A stretch of DNA of 21,720 nt from Candidatus Hermodarchaeota archaeon (GCA_016840065.1 JAEOTB010000020.1:1-21720); one strand, 5' to 3'. Counted from the stretch's first letter, positions 1-8,018 are shown. Numbers and translations are program-made. The notes: generated by a model from the sequence alone, not told the origin.

Positions 1-294
1 GGTGCAGGGTTCACGCGCAAGGAATTCCGGATTCACGGCAACAAAGGCGTACTCACCATCAACACACCCGCAGGGACCATTACCTTGACTACCAATGGCG
101 AGGTAGAATCCTTGTTTCCAAAAGGGAAGGCACAAGCCCTTGGTGAGTACGAGTACCTAGTGAAGTGCATCTTCTCAGGAGACGTGACTATTGGGCTCCC
201 CTATCACTTGGCGAAGGCACAATCCCTCCTGATGGAACAAACCGACTCTGTAGAATGCACAACCTATGATGTCGGAGAGTTTCCCTACAGGTAA
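1..294 (+). CDS. 3' part of a gene truncated by the window edge; probably a Gfo/Idh/MocA-family oxidoreductase C-terminal region
   Basis: Frame 1 is open from base 1 (GAGFTRKEFRIHGNKGVLTINTPAG...GEFPYR, TAA at 292-294), so the TTG at 85 is not the true start. 'FRIHGNKGVL' followed by 'EYEYLVKCIFSG' resembles Gfo/Idh/MocA C-termini. Confidence 0.5.
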   Translation, partial: GAGFTRKEFRIHGNKGVLTINTPAGTITLTTNGEVESLFPKGKAQALGEYEYLVKCIFSGDVTIGLPYHLAKAQSLLMEQTDSVECTTYDVGEFPYR

Positions 295-326
295 AGAATC
301 ACTCAGGATGACTCGGAAAACAAAAC

Positions 327-385
327 GGGAACCTTTTTGATAGAGGAATATCCAATCCTAGCTTAACCCTCCAGGAGGGAGGAAA
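327..385 (+). promoter_or_regulatory. Promoter (BRE/TATA-like GGGAACCTTTTTG) and RBS region of LVIVD gene 1
   Basis: GGGAACCTTTTTG (327-339) is identical to 3055-3067 and lies ~50 nt before the ATG in both copies, although the intervening sequence differs. GGAGGGAGG RBS at 374-382. Confidence 0.55.
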
Positions 386-389
386 TTAT

Positions 390-2828
390 ATGGTTAAAAT
401 GAATTCAAAAACCCTTTTAGTGATTTTACTAGTAACTCTTCTGCCGTTATCCTCTATAGTTTCAGTATCCTTTATGGGTCCAGTCTCGGCTGGGGCTGTT
501 ACTCGGACCACCACAGGATTCAACGATGACTTCACTACAACGGCAAATCAAGACAGTACCGCGACGACTGCTGATGGCTGGGGCTCTGGCACCGTCACCA
601 GTGCGCAGTCCTCGCAACTCCAGTTCCTTGACTACTTTGCCATACCGAATCCAGTCCGCTCAGTAGATATCCAAGGCCGCAAAGCCTACATCGGCATCTA
701 TCAGTCAAGTGCTTCCTATGATGCCTTGTCAATTCTTGACTTGACTGACCCCTCAAACCTCTACAACCTAACCTACCGAACCCTACCACAACATACCTTC
801 GATGTGGCAATAGATGGCGACATTCTCTATGTCGGTGCTGACTACAACACCAATGATCACGGTGATATCTTCCTGTATAACGTCAGTGACCCTTCCTTGA
901 ATCCAATCGCACCACCCATTGATTATCGTTACGACTTCCTAGGACTTCCGACTGGCCTTGCCAAGCAGGGGCACTTTCTCTACATCGCCGCCTACAAAGC
1001 TGGCTCGAGTGGTCGGTTCTTAATCTTTGATGTGGAGGACCCGAACAACATAGTTGAGGTTAACTCGTGGGCTTGGATAAACCTGTTAGACATCCAAGTT
1101 GTTGGTCAACTAGCCTACCTGGCTCATGGCACCTACGGTCTCAATATCGTCAATGTCTCAAACCCCTATTCTCCCTTCGTCGAAGGAGCTGTCAACACGC
1201 CAGGGAACGCAACAGGTGTCTTGGTTGATGGTTCCATCGCTTACATTGCAGACGGTGCTAATGGTGTACAAGTCATTGATGTCAGTGACCCCACCTCCCC
1301 TAGCATAATAGGCAGCTACAACACTCCTGGTAACGCAATGAAACTTGCGCTGCAGGGTGACACCCTCTTTGTAGCCGACGGTAGCGGCGGAGTCCAGGTC
1401 ATCGATGTCTCTGTCCCCACAAGCCCCACCAGTCTTACAAGCGTCTCACCTGCCTATGTCTATGACGTGGCCCTCTACGGCAGTGTGATAGTTGTTGCTG
1501 CCATCGACGGACTCTACACCTATCAGTACGGCAGCTTCACAGATCTCTCAGTTGTAGGAACCTACGACACTCATGAGGCCTGGGATGTCCGGGTACGGGA
1601 TGACATCGCCTATGTGGCTGCTGGTCCCGATGGCTTCCTTACCCTCAATGTCAGCGACCCCACAAACCCAGTGCTCCTAGACAGAGAAGCAGTTGGGACT
1701 GCGTGTTCCAAGCTCGATGTACAGGGACACCTCGCCTTTATCTGCGACTATACAGGTTCCATCTTCTACATCTTCGATGTCAGTGACCCCACAGACATAA
1801 AACTGGTTAAAGCTAGTGACGCCACATTTTTGTTGGATGCCTTTGCTTGGGGTGACTTGCTCTTCTATACTTATAACGGAATAGGAGGAGGATGGGGACG
1901 GCTCAATGTTTCCAACCCCTATGCCCCTACCTTCGGTCAGTGGAGTGTCTTAACTAACGTGACTGCTTGCTGGGTGCAGGGTTACCACATCTACCTGGTT
2001 GAGAACCTCACCTCAGCAGGTTACGGCTTCCATATTTATGACATCACCGACACTAGTAATCTTGTCCTTGTTGCAAGCGAGACCCTACCTAGCTATCACT
2101 ACGACATCTTTGTGGACGGCGACGTGGCATACACAGCGAATGGCCAGCTGGCATCCGTATGGGATGTCACTGACCCCTTCGACCCCACTATCTCTGACAG
2201 TGTAGGCTCTAGCAGCCTAGCTATGGGTGTTTGGGGCTTTGGTCCCTACATGATTACCTTGCGGCAAGGAGACGGTGTCGAAATCTATGATACGCGTAAC
2301 ATCAATGACATCAGGATAATCAGCGCTTGCACGGGTATGGAGGGAGCACTCCAGGTTACAGCCCATGGTGACTACATCTATGTGGCGAACCGTAGTTCAC
2401 TTGAGATTCTCCACTTCTTCGATAGCCGCTCAAGCTTCATCACAGGCGTTTCCACTGCTCAATCCGAACCTGTGCATCTTGGTGACCACGTCCTAAATGC
2501 CACACTATACACCACCACACTAAATCCCTACGGTACAGGAATGTCTTACTACTTGTCTGCCGACGGTGGGCTCCACTGGGAATCAGTGACTCTTGGTGTT
2601 TCCCACACATTCACCTACCCTGGTAGTGATCTGCGATTCCAAGTCAATTTCAGTACCTCCCACGGTGACAGGAGTGCTCGTCTCTTCGACATTACCATCA
2701 ACTACAATCACATTCCTCTTGCCGCACCCTTCCCCTTCGCTGCTGCTATAGCGGTGATTGTCATCATCGTCGTAATACTGATCTTCCTTCTCCTGTACTT
2801 CCTTTGGTATAAGAAGAAGGAGAAGTAG
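390..2828 (+). CDS. LVIVD-repeat beta-propeller cell-surface glycoprotein with C-terminal membrane anchor (paralog 1)
   Basis: N-terminal signal peptide; many 'AYxAxGxxGLxIxDVSDPxxP' LVIVD repeats in two blocks; many N-x-S/T sequons; C-terminal hydrophobic helix followed by WYKKKEK. Confidence 0.88.
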   Translation: MVKMNSKTLLVILLVTLLPLSSIVSVSFMGPVSAGAVTRTTTGFNDDFTTTANQDSTATTADGWGSGTVTSAQSSQLQFLDYFAIPNPVRSVDIQGRKAYIGIYQSSASYDALSILDLTDPSNLYNLTYRTLPQHTFDVAIDGDILYVGADYNTNDHGDIFLYNVSDPSLNPIAPPIDYRYDFLGLPTGLAKQGHFLYIAAYKAGSSGRFLIFDVEDPNNIVEVNSWAWINLLDIQVVGQLAYLAHGTYGLNIVNVSNPYSPFVEGAVNTPGNATGVLVDGSIAYIADGANGVQVIDVSDPTSPSIIGSYNTPGNAMKLALQGDTLFVADGSGGVQVIDVSVPTSPTSLTSVSPAYVYDVALYGSVIVVAAIDGLYTYQYGSFTDLSVVGTYDTHEAWDVRVRDDIAYVAAGPDGFLTLNVSDPTNPVLLDREAVGTACSKLDVQGHLAFICDYTGSIFYIFDVSDPTDIKLVKASDATFLLDAFAWGDLLFYTYNGIGGGWGRLNVSNPYAPTFGQWSVLTNVTACWVQGYHIYLVENLTSAGYGFHIYDITDTSNLVLVASETLPSYHYDIFVDGDVAYTANGQLASVWDVTDPFDPTISDSVGSSSLAMGVWGFGPYMITLRQGDGVEIYDTRNINDIRIISACTGMEGALQVTAHGDYIYVANRSSLEILHFFDSRSSFITGVSTAQSEPVHLGDHVLNATLYTTTLNPYGTGMSYYLSADGGLHWESVTLGVSHTFTYPGSDLRFQVNFSTSHGDRSARLFDITINYNHIPLAAPFPFAAAIAVIVIIVVILIFLLLYFLWYKKKEK

Positions 2829-2835
2829 CAGCAGG

Positions 2836-2882
2836 GTGTCAACTAATGGAGGCGCTTATGCGTCTCCCTCCCCTCTCTTTTT
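2836..2882 (+). terminator. 3' hairpin plus pyrimidine/oligo-T element, copy 1
   Basis: GGAGGCGC-TTAT-GCGTCTCC stem (one G-U pair), then CTCCCCTCTCTTTTT. 47/47 identical to 5568-5614. Confidence 0.7.
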
Positions 2883-2918
2883 CGCCATGATGGTTTGTGT
2901 GCGAACCAGGACGAGTCC

Positions 2919-3020
2919 ATCGGACTCCCATATCACCTGACGAAGGCAAAATCCCTCCTGATTGAACAGACCGATGTCGTGGAATGCACAACCTACAATG
3001 TGGGCGAGTTTCCTTACAGG
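2919..3020 (+). pseudogene. Orphan copy of the last 34 codons of the upstream oxidoreductase gene
   Basis: IGLPYHLTKAKSLLIEQTDVVECTTYNVGEFPYR versus IGLPYHLAKAQSLLMEQTDSVECTTYDVGEFPYR (190-291). 84/102 nt identical, no indels; the TAA stop is replaced by TGG. Confidence 0.9.
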
Positions 3021-3054
3021 TGGAGAACAAAATATTTTGTATGGTTTAGAATAG

Positions 3055-3110
3055 GGGAACCTTTTTGGCTTATGGCAATCAGAGATTAACAATCCTCCTG
3101 GAGGGAGGAA
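3055..3110 (+). promoter_or_regulatory. Promoter and RBS region of LVIVD gene 2
   Basis: GGGAACCTTTTTG at 3055-3067 and GGAGGGAGG at 3100-3108, matching copy 1. Confidence 0.55.
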
Positions 3111-3115
3111 AATAT

Positions 3116-5560
3116 ATGGTTAAATTTAATTCTAAAACCCTTTTAGTGATTTTACTAGTGACTCTTATTCCATTCTCCTCTGTTATTTCGGCATCCTTTT
3201 CGACTCCAGTAGCAGCAGGGGCTGCTACTCGAACCAAAACTGGTTTCAGTGACGACTTCACCACAACAGATGCTCTAGACAGCGGTAATACGACTGCCGT
3301 TGGCTGGGGTTCTGGCACTGTCACAAGCCCGCGGACATCCTTGCTCCAGCTCCTTGACTACTTTGCCACAACTAATTCCGTCCGTTCGGTGGATGTGCAG
3401 GGTCGTAAAGCCTATGTTGGAATCTACAGAGACTTTGGTAACCCGCATGTACAGATTTTCGATTTGACTGACCCCTCAAACCTCAACAGCCTAACCTACC
3501 GAAACGCTCCAACTAGAACCTCTGATGTTCTGGTAGACGGCGACATCTTGTATGTCGGCTCAGACTTGAGCCTAGATGGAGATGGTGATCTCTTCACCTA
3601 TAATGTCAGTGACACCAGTGTCACCGAAATTCCCAGTCCCCTTGATAACATCTATGATATCCCTGGTATCATTACTGGTCTTGCCAAGCAGGGGCACTTC
3701 CTCTATTTGGCAGCTGCAGACCCTAGTGGGGCATTTCAAATCTATGATGTGGAAGACCCCGCCAACGTGATACTGGCTAATACCTGGGGTTGGGATACTC
3801 CTTTGGACTTTGATGTTCATGGTCAAGTCCTCTATGCCGCTCACAGCACATATGGTGTAAAAACCATCAATGTTTCTGCGCCCTACAGTGTTCCCCAGAC
3901 TATTATGGATTCTGTGAATACTCCTGGTAATGCTACTTCCATCCTAGTTGATGGTGGTGTTGCTTATGTGGCTGATGGCTCCAGTGGTGTGCAGGTGGTT
4001 GATGTTAGCAACCCCAATGATATCAGTATCATAGGAAGCTATGACACGCCTGGCAACGCCTTGAAACTGGCACTGCAGGGAGACACCCTCTTTGTAGCGG
4101 ATTACAACGGCGGAGTCCAAGTCCTCGATGTCTCTGACCCAGCTAATCCTACCAGCCTAACTAGTGTTTCACCAGCAAATGTCTCTGATGTCGCTCTCTA
4201 CGGCAGTGTGCTTGTGGTTGGTGCCAGTGATGGCATTTACACATATCAATATGGAAGCTTCACTGACCTATCCGTTGTAGGCAGCTACTCAAACTATGAT
4301 GCCTGGGATGTACGTGTTCGTGGCGATGTTGCCTATGTCGCAGCAGGCTCTGATGGACTTGTCACCCTCAATGTTAGCAACCCTGCTGCCCCTGTGCTGC
4401 TAGACCAATACACCACAGGATCTGGCGACTTCTATCGCAAACTCGACGTTCAAGGTCACTTGGCCTTTGTGAATAACTATAGCTCATCTGGAGACATCAT
4501 GATCTTCGATGTTAGCGACCCCACTGACATCACGTTAGTCAACAGTGATTCAGGTACTGAATTGCTTGACTTGTTCGCGTGGGGTGAGCTGCTCTTTTAC
4601 ACCTATTCTGGTGGATTTGGGATAGCGAACATCTCCACCCCATCCAGTCCCATCTATTACCCGGATTACATCGGAGCCAATGTTACTGCCTGCTGGGTTC
4701 AGGGATACCATCTATACCTAGCATGTAACCTTAGTGGTGACGGTTATGGTATCCGCGTTTATGACATAACAGATGCTTTGAACCCTGTTCTGGTCGACGA
4801 CGACCTTTGGCTTTCAAGTAATCACTACGACATCTTCGTGGATGGCGATGTTGCCTACGCTGCCAATAATTTCTGGGAAGGCGTCTATAATGTCACCAAC
4901 CCCTTTGAAGTCGCTATAAGCGATAGTATCTATAATCCCCCGTCTCGGTGCCTTGGTGTTTGGGGCTTTGGACCCTACATGATATCGGCCCGTTATGGAG
5001 AGGGTATCAGTATTTTCGATACAAGTGACATCACCGACAGCAGGCTCATCAGCAGTAACACGGGAATATCAACCGCAATCCAGGTTACTGTACATGGCGA
5101 TTACATCTACGTGGCAAACCGAAATTCATTGGAAATCCTCCACTTCTTTGATAGCAGCTCTAGCTTTGTAACTGGTGTTTCAACCGCCCAATCCATCACT
5201 GTCGATACGACACTCGACCTCATTACCAATGCTACCATCGATGCAACAACCTTGATTCCATACTCCACAGGAATGTCTTACTACTTGTCCGCTGATGGTG
5301 GGCTCAACTGGGAATCAGTGTATCTTGGTGTCCCACACACCTTCACAAACCCAGGCAGTGATCTACGTTTCCGAGTCAACCTCACCACAAGCCTTAGTGA
5401 CAGGAGCGCCCTCCTCTTCGACATCACCATCGACTATGACCACATATCTCTAGTGCCACCCTTCCCCTTGGCTGCAGTGATAGCAGTAATTGTCATCATC
5501 ATCGTGATACTAATCATCCTTCTCCTGTACTTCTTCTGGTATAAGAAGAAGGAGAAATAG
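3116..5560 (+). CDS. LVIVD-repeat beta-propeller cell-surface glycoprotein with C-terminal membrane anchor (paralog 2)
   Basis: Start reassigned to ATG 3116 (MVKFNSKTLL, aligns with paralog 1 and follows the RBS). Same architecture as paralog 1, ending WYKKKEK. Confidence 0.88.
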   Translation: MVKFNSKTLLVILLVTLIPFSSVISASFSTPVAAGAATRTKTGFSDDFTTTDALDSGNTTAVGWGSGTVTSPRTSLLQLLDYFATTNSVRSVDVQGRKAYVGIYRDFGNPHVQIFDLTDPSNLNSLTYRNAPTRTSDVLVDGDILYVGSDLSLDGDGDLFTYNVSDTSVTEIPSPLDNIYDIPGIITGLAKQGHFLYLAAADPSGAFQIYDVEDPANVILANTWGWDTPLDFDVHGQVLYAAHSTYGVKTINVSAPYSVPQTIMDSVNTPGNATSILVDGGVAYVADGSSGVQVVDVSNPNDISIIGSYDTPGNALKLALQGDTLFVADYNGGVQVLDVSDPANPTSLTSVSPANVSDVALYGSVLVVGASDGIYTYQYGSFTDLSVVGSYSNYDAWDVRVRGDVAYVAAGSDGLVTLNVSNPAAPVLLDQYTTGSGDFYRKLDVQGHLAFVNNYSSSGDIMIFDVSDPTDITLVNSDSGTELLDLFAWGELLFYTYSGGFGIANISTPSSPIYYPDYIGANVTACWVQGYHLYLACNLSGDGYGIRVYDITDALNPVLVDDDLWLSSNHYDIFVDGDVAYAANNFWEGVYNVTNPFEVAISDSIYNPPSRCLGVWGFGPYMISARYGEGISIFDTSDITDSRLISSNTGISTAIQVTVHGDYIYVANRNSLEILHFFDSSSSFVTGVSTAQSITVDTTLDLITNATIDATTLIPYSTGMSYYLSADGGLNWESVYLGVPHTFTNPGSDLRFRVNLTTSLSDRSALLFDITIDYDHISLVPPFPLAAVIAVIVIIIVILIILLLYFFWYKKKEK

Positions 5561-5567
5561 CAGCCGA

Positions 5568-5614
5568 GTGTCAACTAATGGAGGCGCTTATGCGTCTCCC
5601 TCCCCTCTCTTTTT
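5568..5614 (+). terminator. 3' hairpin plus pyrimidine/oligo-T element, copy 2
   Basis: Identical to 2836-2882; lies between convergent genes. Confidence 0.7.
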
Positions 5615-5642
5615 TGCTAGGAAGACTTGTTAGAAGAGAGCG

Positions 5643-6371
5643 TTATAGTTCAGGTTCGGCTATAACTCGTCCTAGGTTTGCTGTGAGGTCGAGTTTGAAG
5701 TACATTCCTGCGATGATGTTTTCGAGTTCCATGATTTTGTCAAGGGGGTCCCAGGGGCTGTTACCGAAGGTTAGTTTGCCTTCTCCTCCCTGGCCTTCAT
5801 GGATAGTGGCATCGAGTTTGGCAGCTGTTATCTGTTTGACGTCGTAGCCTTTGCCATCGACGGAGGGGATGAGTTTGAGGTTGATGGAGTCACCGGTATC
5901 TATCCAATCTCCAGGACCGGTGAGTTCGATTTCGAAGTCGAGAACAGTTTCACCGCCACGGTGGATGCTGGCTTCGATTTCGTTGTCGTCGTGTTCCCAT
6001 TTGAACTCAGCCATCTTGGCGGGGTAACCCCAGACTTCTCGGTGGGAGGCGCAGGAGGGGTCATTGTCAGTGTACATGACGAGGGTATAGACGCCAAAGT
6101 GCTCTTTGTAGGTGCACTGAACAACTATGGCAGCCTCGTACATTTCATCGCCAAAGGGAGTATTCCGGAACTTGGCGAGATACGCTCCTCCTAGTAATCC
6201 GGGTTGGAGGGGTTTAGGTAGGATACGTTCCATACACGCAGCGGTGGGAGTGAACACGACCTGGATCATCTCCGAGTCGGTGTATTTGAGGCTTTTAATC
6301 GGGTGGAGGGGCATCTGGTGGGGCATAGAAACAGGATCGGTCATAGCATTAGTCACCACTTGAGATATCAA
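5643..6371 (-). CDS. Acetoacetate decarboxylase-like (ADC superfamily) protein, atypical active site
   Basis: 'ILPKPLQP', 'YEAAIVVQC', 'REVWGYPAKMA' and 'NLKLIPSVDG' are ADC-family motifs. GAGGTGA RBS precedes the TTG start. Confidence 0.85.
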   Translation of the reverse strand: MISQVVTNAMTDPVSMPHQMPLHPIKSLKYTDSEMIQVVFTPTAACMERILPKPLQPGLLGGAYLAKFRNTPFGDEMYEAAIVVQCTYKEHFGVYTLVMYTDNDPSCASHREVWGYPAKMAEFKWEHDDNEIEASIHRGGETVLDFEIELTGPGDWIDTGDSINLKLIPSVDGKGYDVKQITAAKLDATIHEGQGGEGKLTFGNSPWDPLDKIMELENIIAGMYFKLDLTANLGRVIAEPEL

Positions 6372-6380
6372 CCATTCACC

Positions 6381-6545
6381 TCTTTAGGCTCTTATTTCTT
6401 CCGTTGTCCAAATCTTATCCAATCTGTGTGGAGGGTTCAGGTTGGTGTTTGGTTCCTGCATCATAGACAGGCACTGCCCCTTGGAGGGCTGTAACCTCCC
6501 GCCTCAGCCAGGCGTTTAGGGTCTCCGCCCAACTGGCGGCGACCA
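6381..6545 (-). ncRNA. Predicted reRNA (omegaRNA): scaffold overlapping the tnpB 3' end plus a ~20-nt guide beyond the right end (AAGAAATAAGAGCCTAAAGA)
   Basis: Established TnpB architecture applied to the inferred right end at 6401. Boundaries are approximate. Confidence 0.55.
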
Positions 6546-7740
6546 ACAACCATAACAGGTTCAGCGCCGAGTTCAAGTCCCGTGCGATGACCAGCCCGCA
6601 ACACTCGCAGCGGTAAACCCGCTCGGACAAGGACAGCTTCTCTTTGATGTGACCACACCGTGAGCAGCGCTTAGAAGAAGGGTAGAACCTGGGTGCTATG
6701 TGGAGTCGGGACCCATACCATCTTGTCTTGTAGACGAGTTGTCTGCGCATCTCCCCGAACCCCGCGTCCGCGATTGCTCCTGCAAGCCTTTGGTTCTGAA
6801 GCATACCCTCCACGTGTAGGTCTTCAATGATGGTGGCTGACTTGGTTCTCGCCAACCACGACGAAGCCTTATGGAGGGCGTCACGACGAATGTTAGTGAT
6901 GCGGGCGTGAATCCGCTGGAGCCTGAGCCTAGCCTGCACCTGGTTTTTACTGCCATTCTTTTTTCGGGAGAGACTACGTTGGGCACGGCGAAGCTTGCGA
7001 GTAAAACGGGAGAGGGCACTGGGGTTCGGGAACTCGGTGCCATCCGACACCGTCAGGAGGGTCGCAACCCCCCAGTCAGCCCCAACCTCTGATCCAGAGT
7101 TTACGGGTACTGTTATGCGTTCTTCTACCTGCACTGACACAAACCAGCGCCCTGCCTTTTCGGATACAGTGGCTGATAGGACTCGACACCAAGTAACCTC
7201 AACGGGGAGATAACCCTTCTCCTTGAGGCGGAGGACCCCCAGTCTGGGCAACTGGATGCAATCATTGTAAACCCTTATTGTTCCTCTTAAGCGGAAAGAG
7301 CCGATGCCCTGTTTTCTGGACTTGTATCTTGGGAACCCGGGTTTTTCTCCAGTCTTGAGTCGGCGGAAGAAATGCTTGAAGGCCTGGTCTAGGTCTCGCA
7401 GAGCTTCTTGGGGGGCACATTTAGACACCCCATACATCCAAGAGAACCTGGTCTGCTTGAGCTGGACGAGTTGACTATGGAGCTCCATAGCGGTGGGGGA
7501 CTTGCCAGTTTGTTGGTATGTTTGGATCTTCTGGGCGAGTCCCCAGTTGTAGGTAAAGCGTGTACAGCCAGCGTGCTGGCGTAGAAGGGCTCGTTGTTTG
7601 TTGTTGGGGCGGAGCTCCGTCTTATAGGCTCGGTGGATAAGCATGTTGAGGGCGCTTGTGGGTGTATTAGCCAGCTGTGTTCTCCACTCCTCAAGAGACA
7701 GCTTATTATTAGTCTAGATTTGCTGTTCGTATTTTAACCC
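6401..7740 (-). mobile_element. Non-autonomous tnpB-only element of IS607 type
   Basis: Right end reads ...GATTTGGACAACGG on the minus strand (GG at 6401-6402). Candidate left end follows a G5 run (C5 at 7738-7742). Related subterminal motifs CAAATCTTATCCAAT (6409-6423, +) and CAAATCTAGACTAAT (7708-7722, -). No room for tnpA. The left boundary is inferred. Confidence 0.6.
6415..7644 (-). CDS. tnpB: RNA-guided endonuclease TnpB
   Basis: N-terminal 'AYKTELRPN...GCTRFTYNWGL' HTH; 'GFPRYK'; RuvC-I GADWG, RuvC-II IEDL, Zn finger CSRC...CECC, RuvC-III RDLNSALNL; tail 'AASWAETLNAW' typical of overlap with the reRNA. Confidence 0.95.
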   Translation of the reverse strand: MLIHRAYKTELRPNNKQRALLRQHAGCTRFTYNWGLAQKIQTYQQTGKSPTAMELHSQLVQLKQTRFSWMYGVSKCAPQEALRDLDQAFKHFFRRLKTGEKPGFPRYKSRKQGIGSFRLRGTIRVYNDCIQLPRLGVLRLKEKGYLPVEVTWCRVLSATVSEKAGRWFVSVQVEERITVPVNSGSEVGADWGVATLLTVSDGTEFPNPSALSRFTRKLRRAQRSLSRKKNGSKNQVQARLRLQRIHARITNIRRDALHKASSWLARTKSATIIEDLHVEGMLQNQRLAGAIADAGFGEMRRQLVYKTRWYGSRLHIAPRFYPSSKRCSRCGHIKEKLSLSERVYRCECCGLVIARDLNSALNLLWLLVAASWAETLNAWLRREVTALQGAVPVYDAGTKHQPEPSTQIG

Positions 7741-8018
7741 CCGTATTACCCTCATTATGCCACGCCAATAAAGTGGTGTGGTCGTTGGGGGGATTGGATC
7801 GTTTTACATGTCAGGAATTGCTTGCTGCGGTTTGGGAGATTTGTCGTTGGACTATTCGTCCTCGTCTGTCCTTACTCTGAGCTAAAAGATTGGAGAATTT
7901 TTAGCAACACTTGTTTTCCCTCATGGTCTAGGTACATTGTAATAGCTTCCATGGTTTTGCTGACTAGTTCATCAATTATTTCTTCACCTTACAACAGAAA
8001 AGAGCTAGAATCGGGGAG

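Larger units (their letters stand above)
190..5614 (+). repeat. Diverged tandem duplication, unit ~2.73 kb (190-2882 and ~2919-5614)
   Basis: Equivalent landmarks are 2726-2732 nt apart: gene-end fragment 190/2919, promoter 327/3055, ATG 390/3116, 3' element 2836/5568. Confidence 0.9.

Noticed and set aside
2836-2882. Integron attC site or CRISPR repeat
   Set aside because: No RYYYAAC/GTTRRRY pair, only two copies 2.7 kb apart, and no integrase or cas genes.
190-3020. Diversity-generating retroelement TR/VR pair (~100-nt repeat at a gene 3' end)
   Set aside because: Mismatches are not adenine-specific (many C/T and C/G changes at third positions) and there is no reverse transcriptase in the window.
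5578-5847. ORF MEALMRLPP and other short overlapping ORFs in the track (e.g. 5799-6194, 7822-8166, 10425-10619, 17005-17214)
   Set aside because: Shadow frames overlapping better-supported genes or terminators, with no recognisable motifs.
7645-7740. tnpA or group I intron (IStron) upstream of tnpB
   Set aside because: Only ~95 nt lie between the inferred left end and the tnpB start; no Y1, serine-recombinase or intron-core motifs seen.
7975-7983. 9-nt match (AAGAAATAA) to the start of the TnpB guide
   Set aside because: Short A/T-rich match expected by chance, and not directly preceded by GG.
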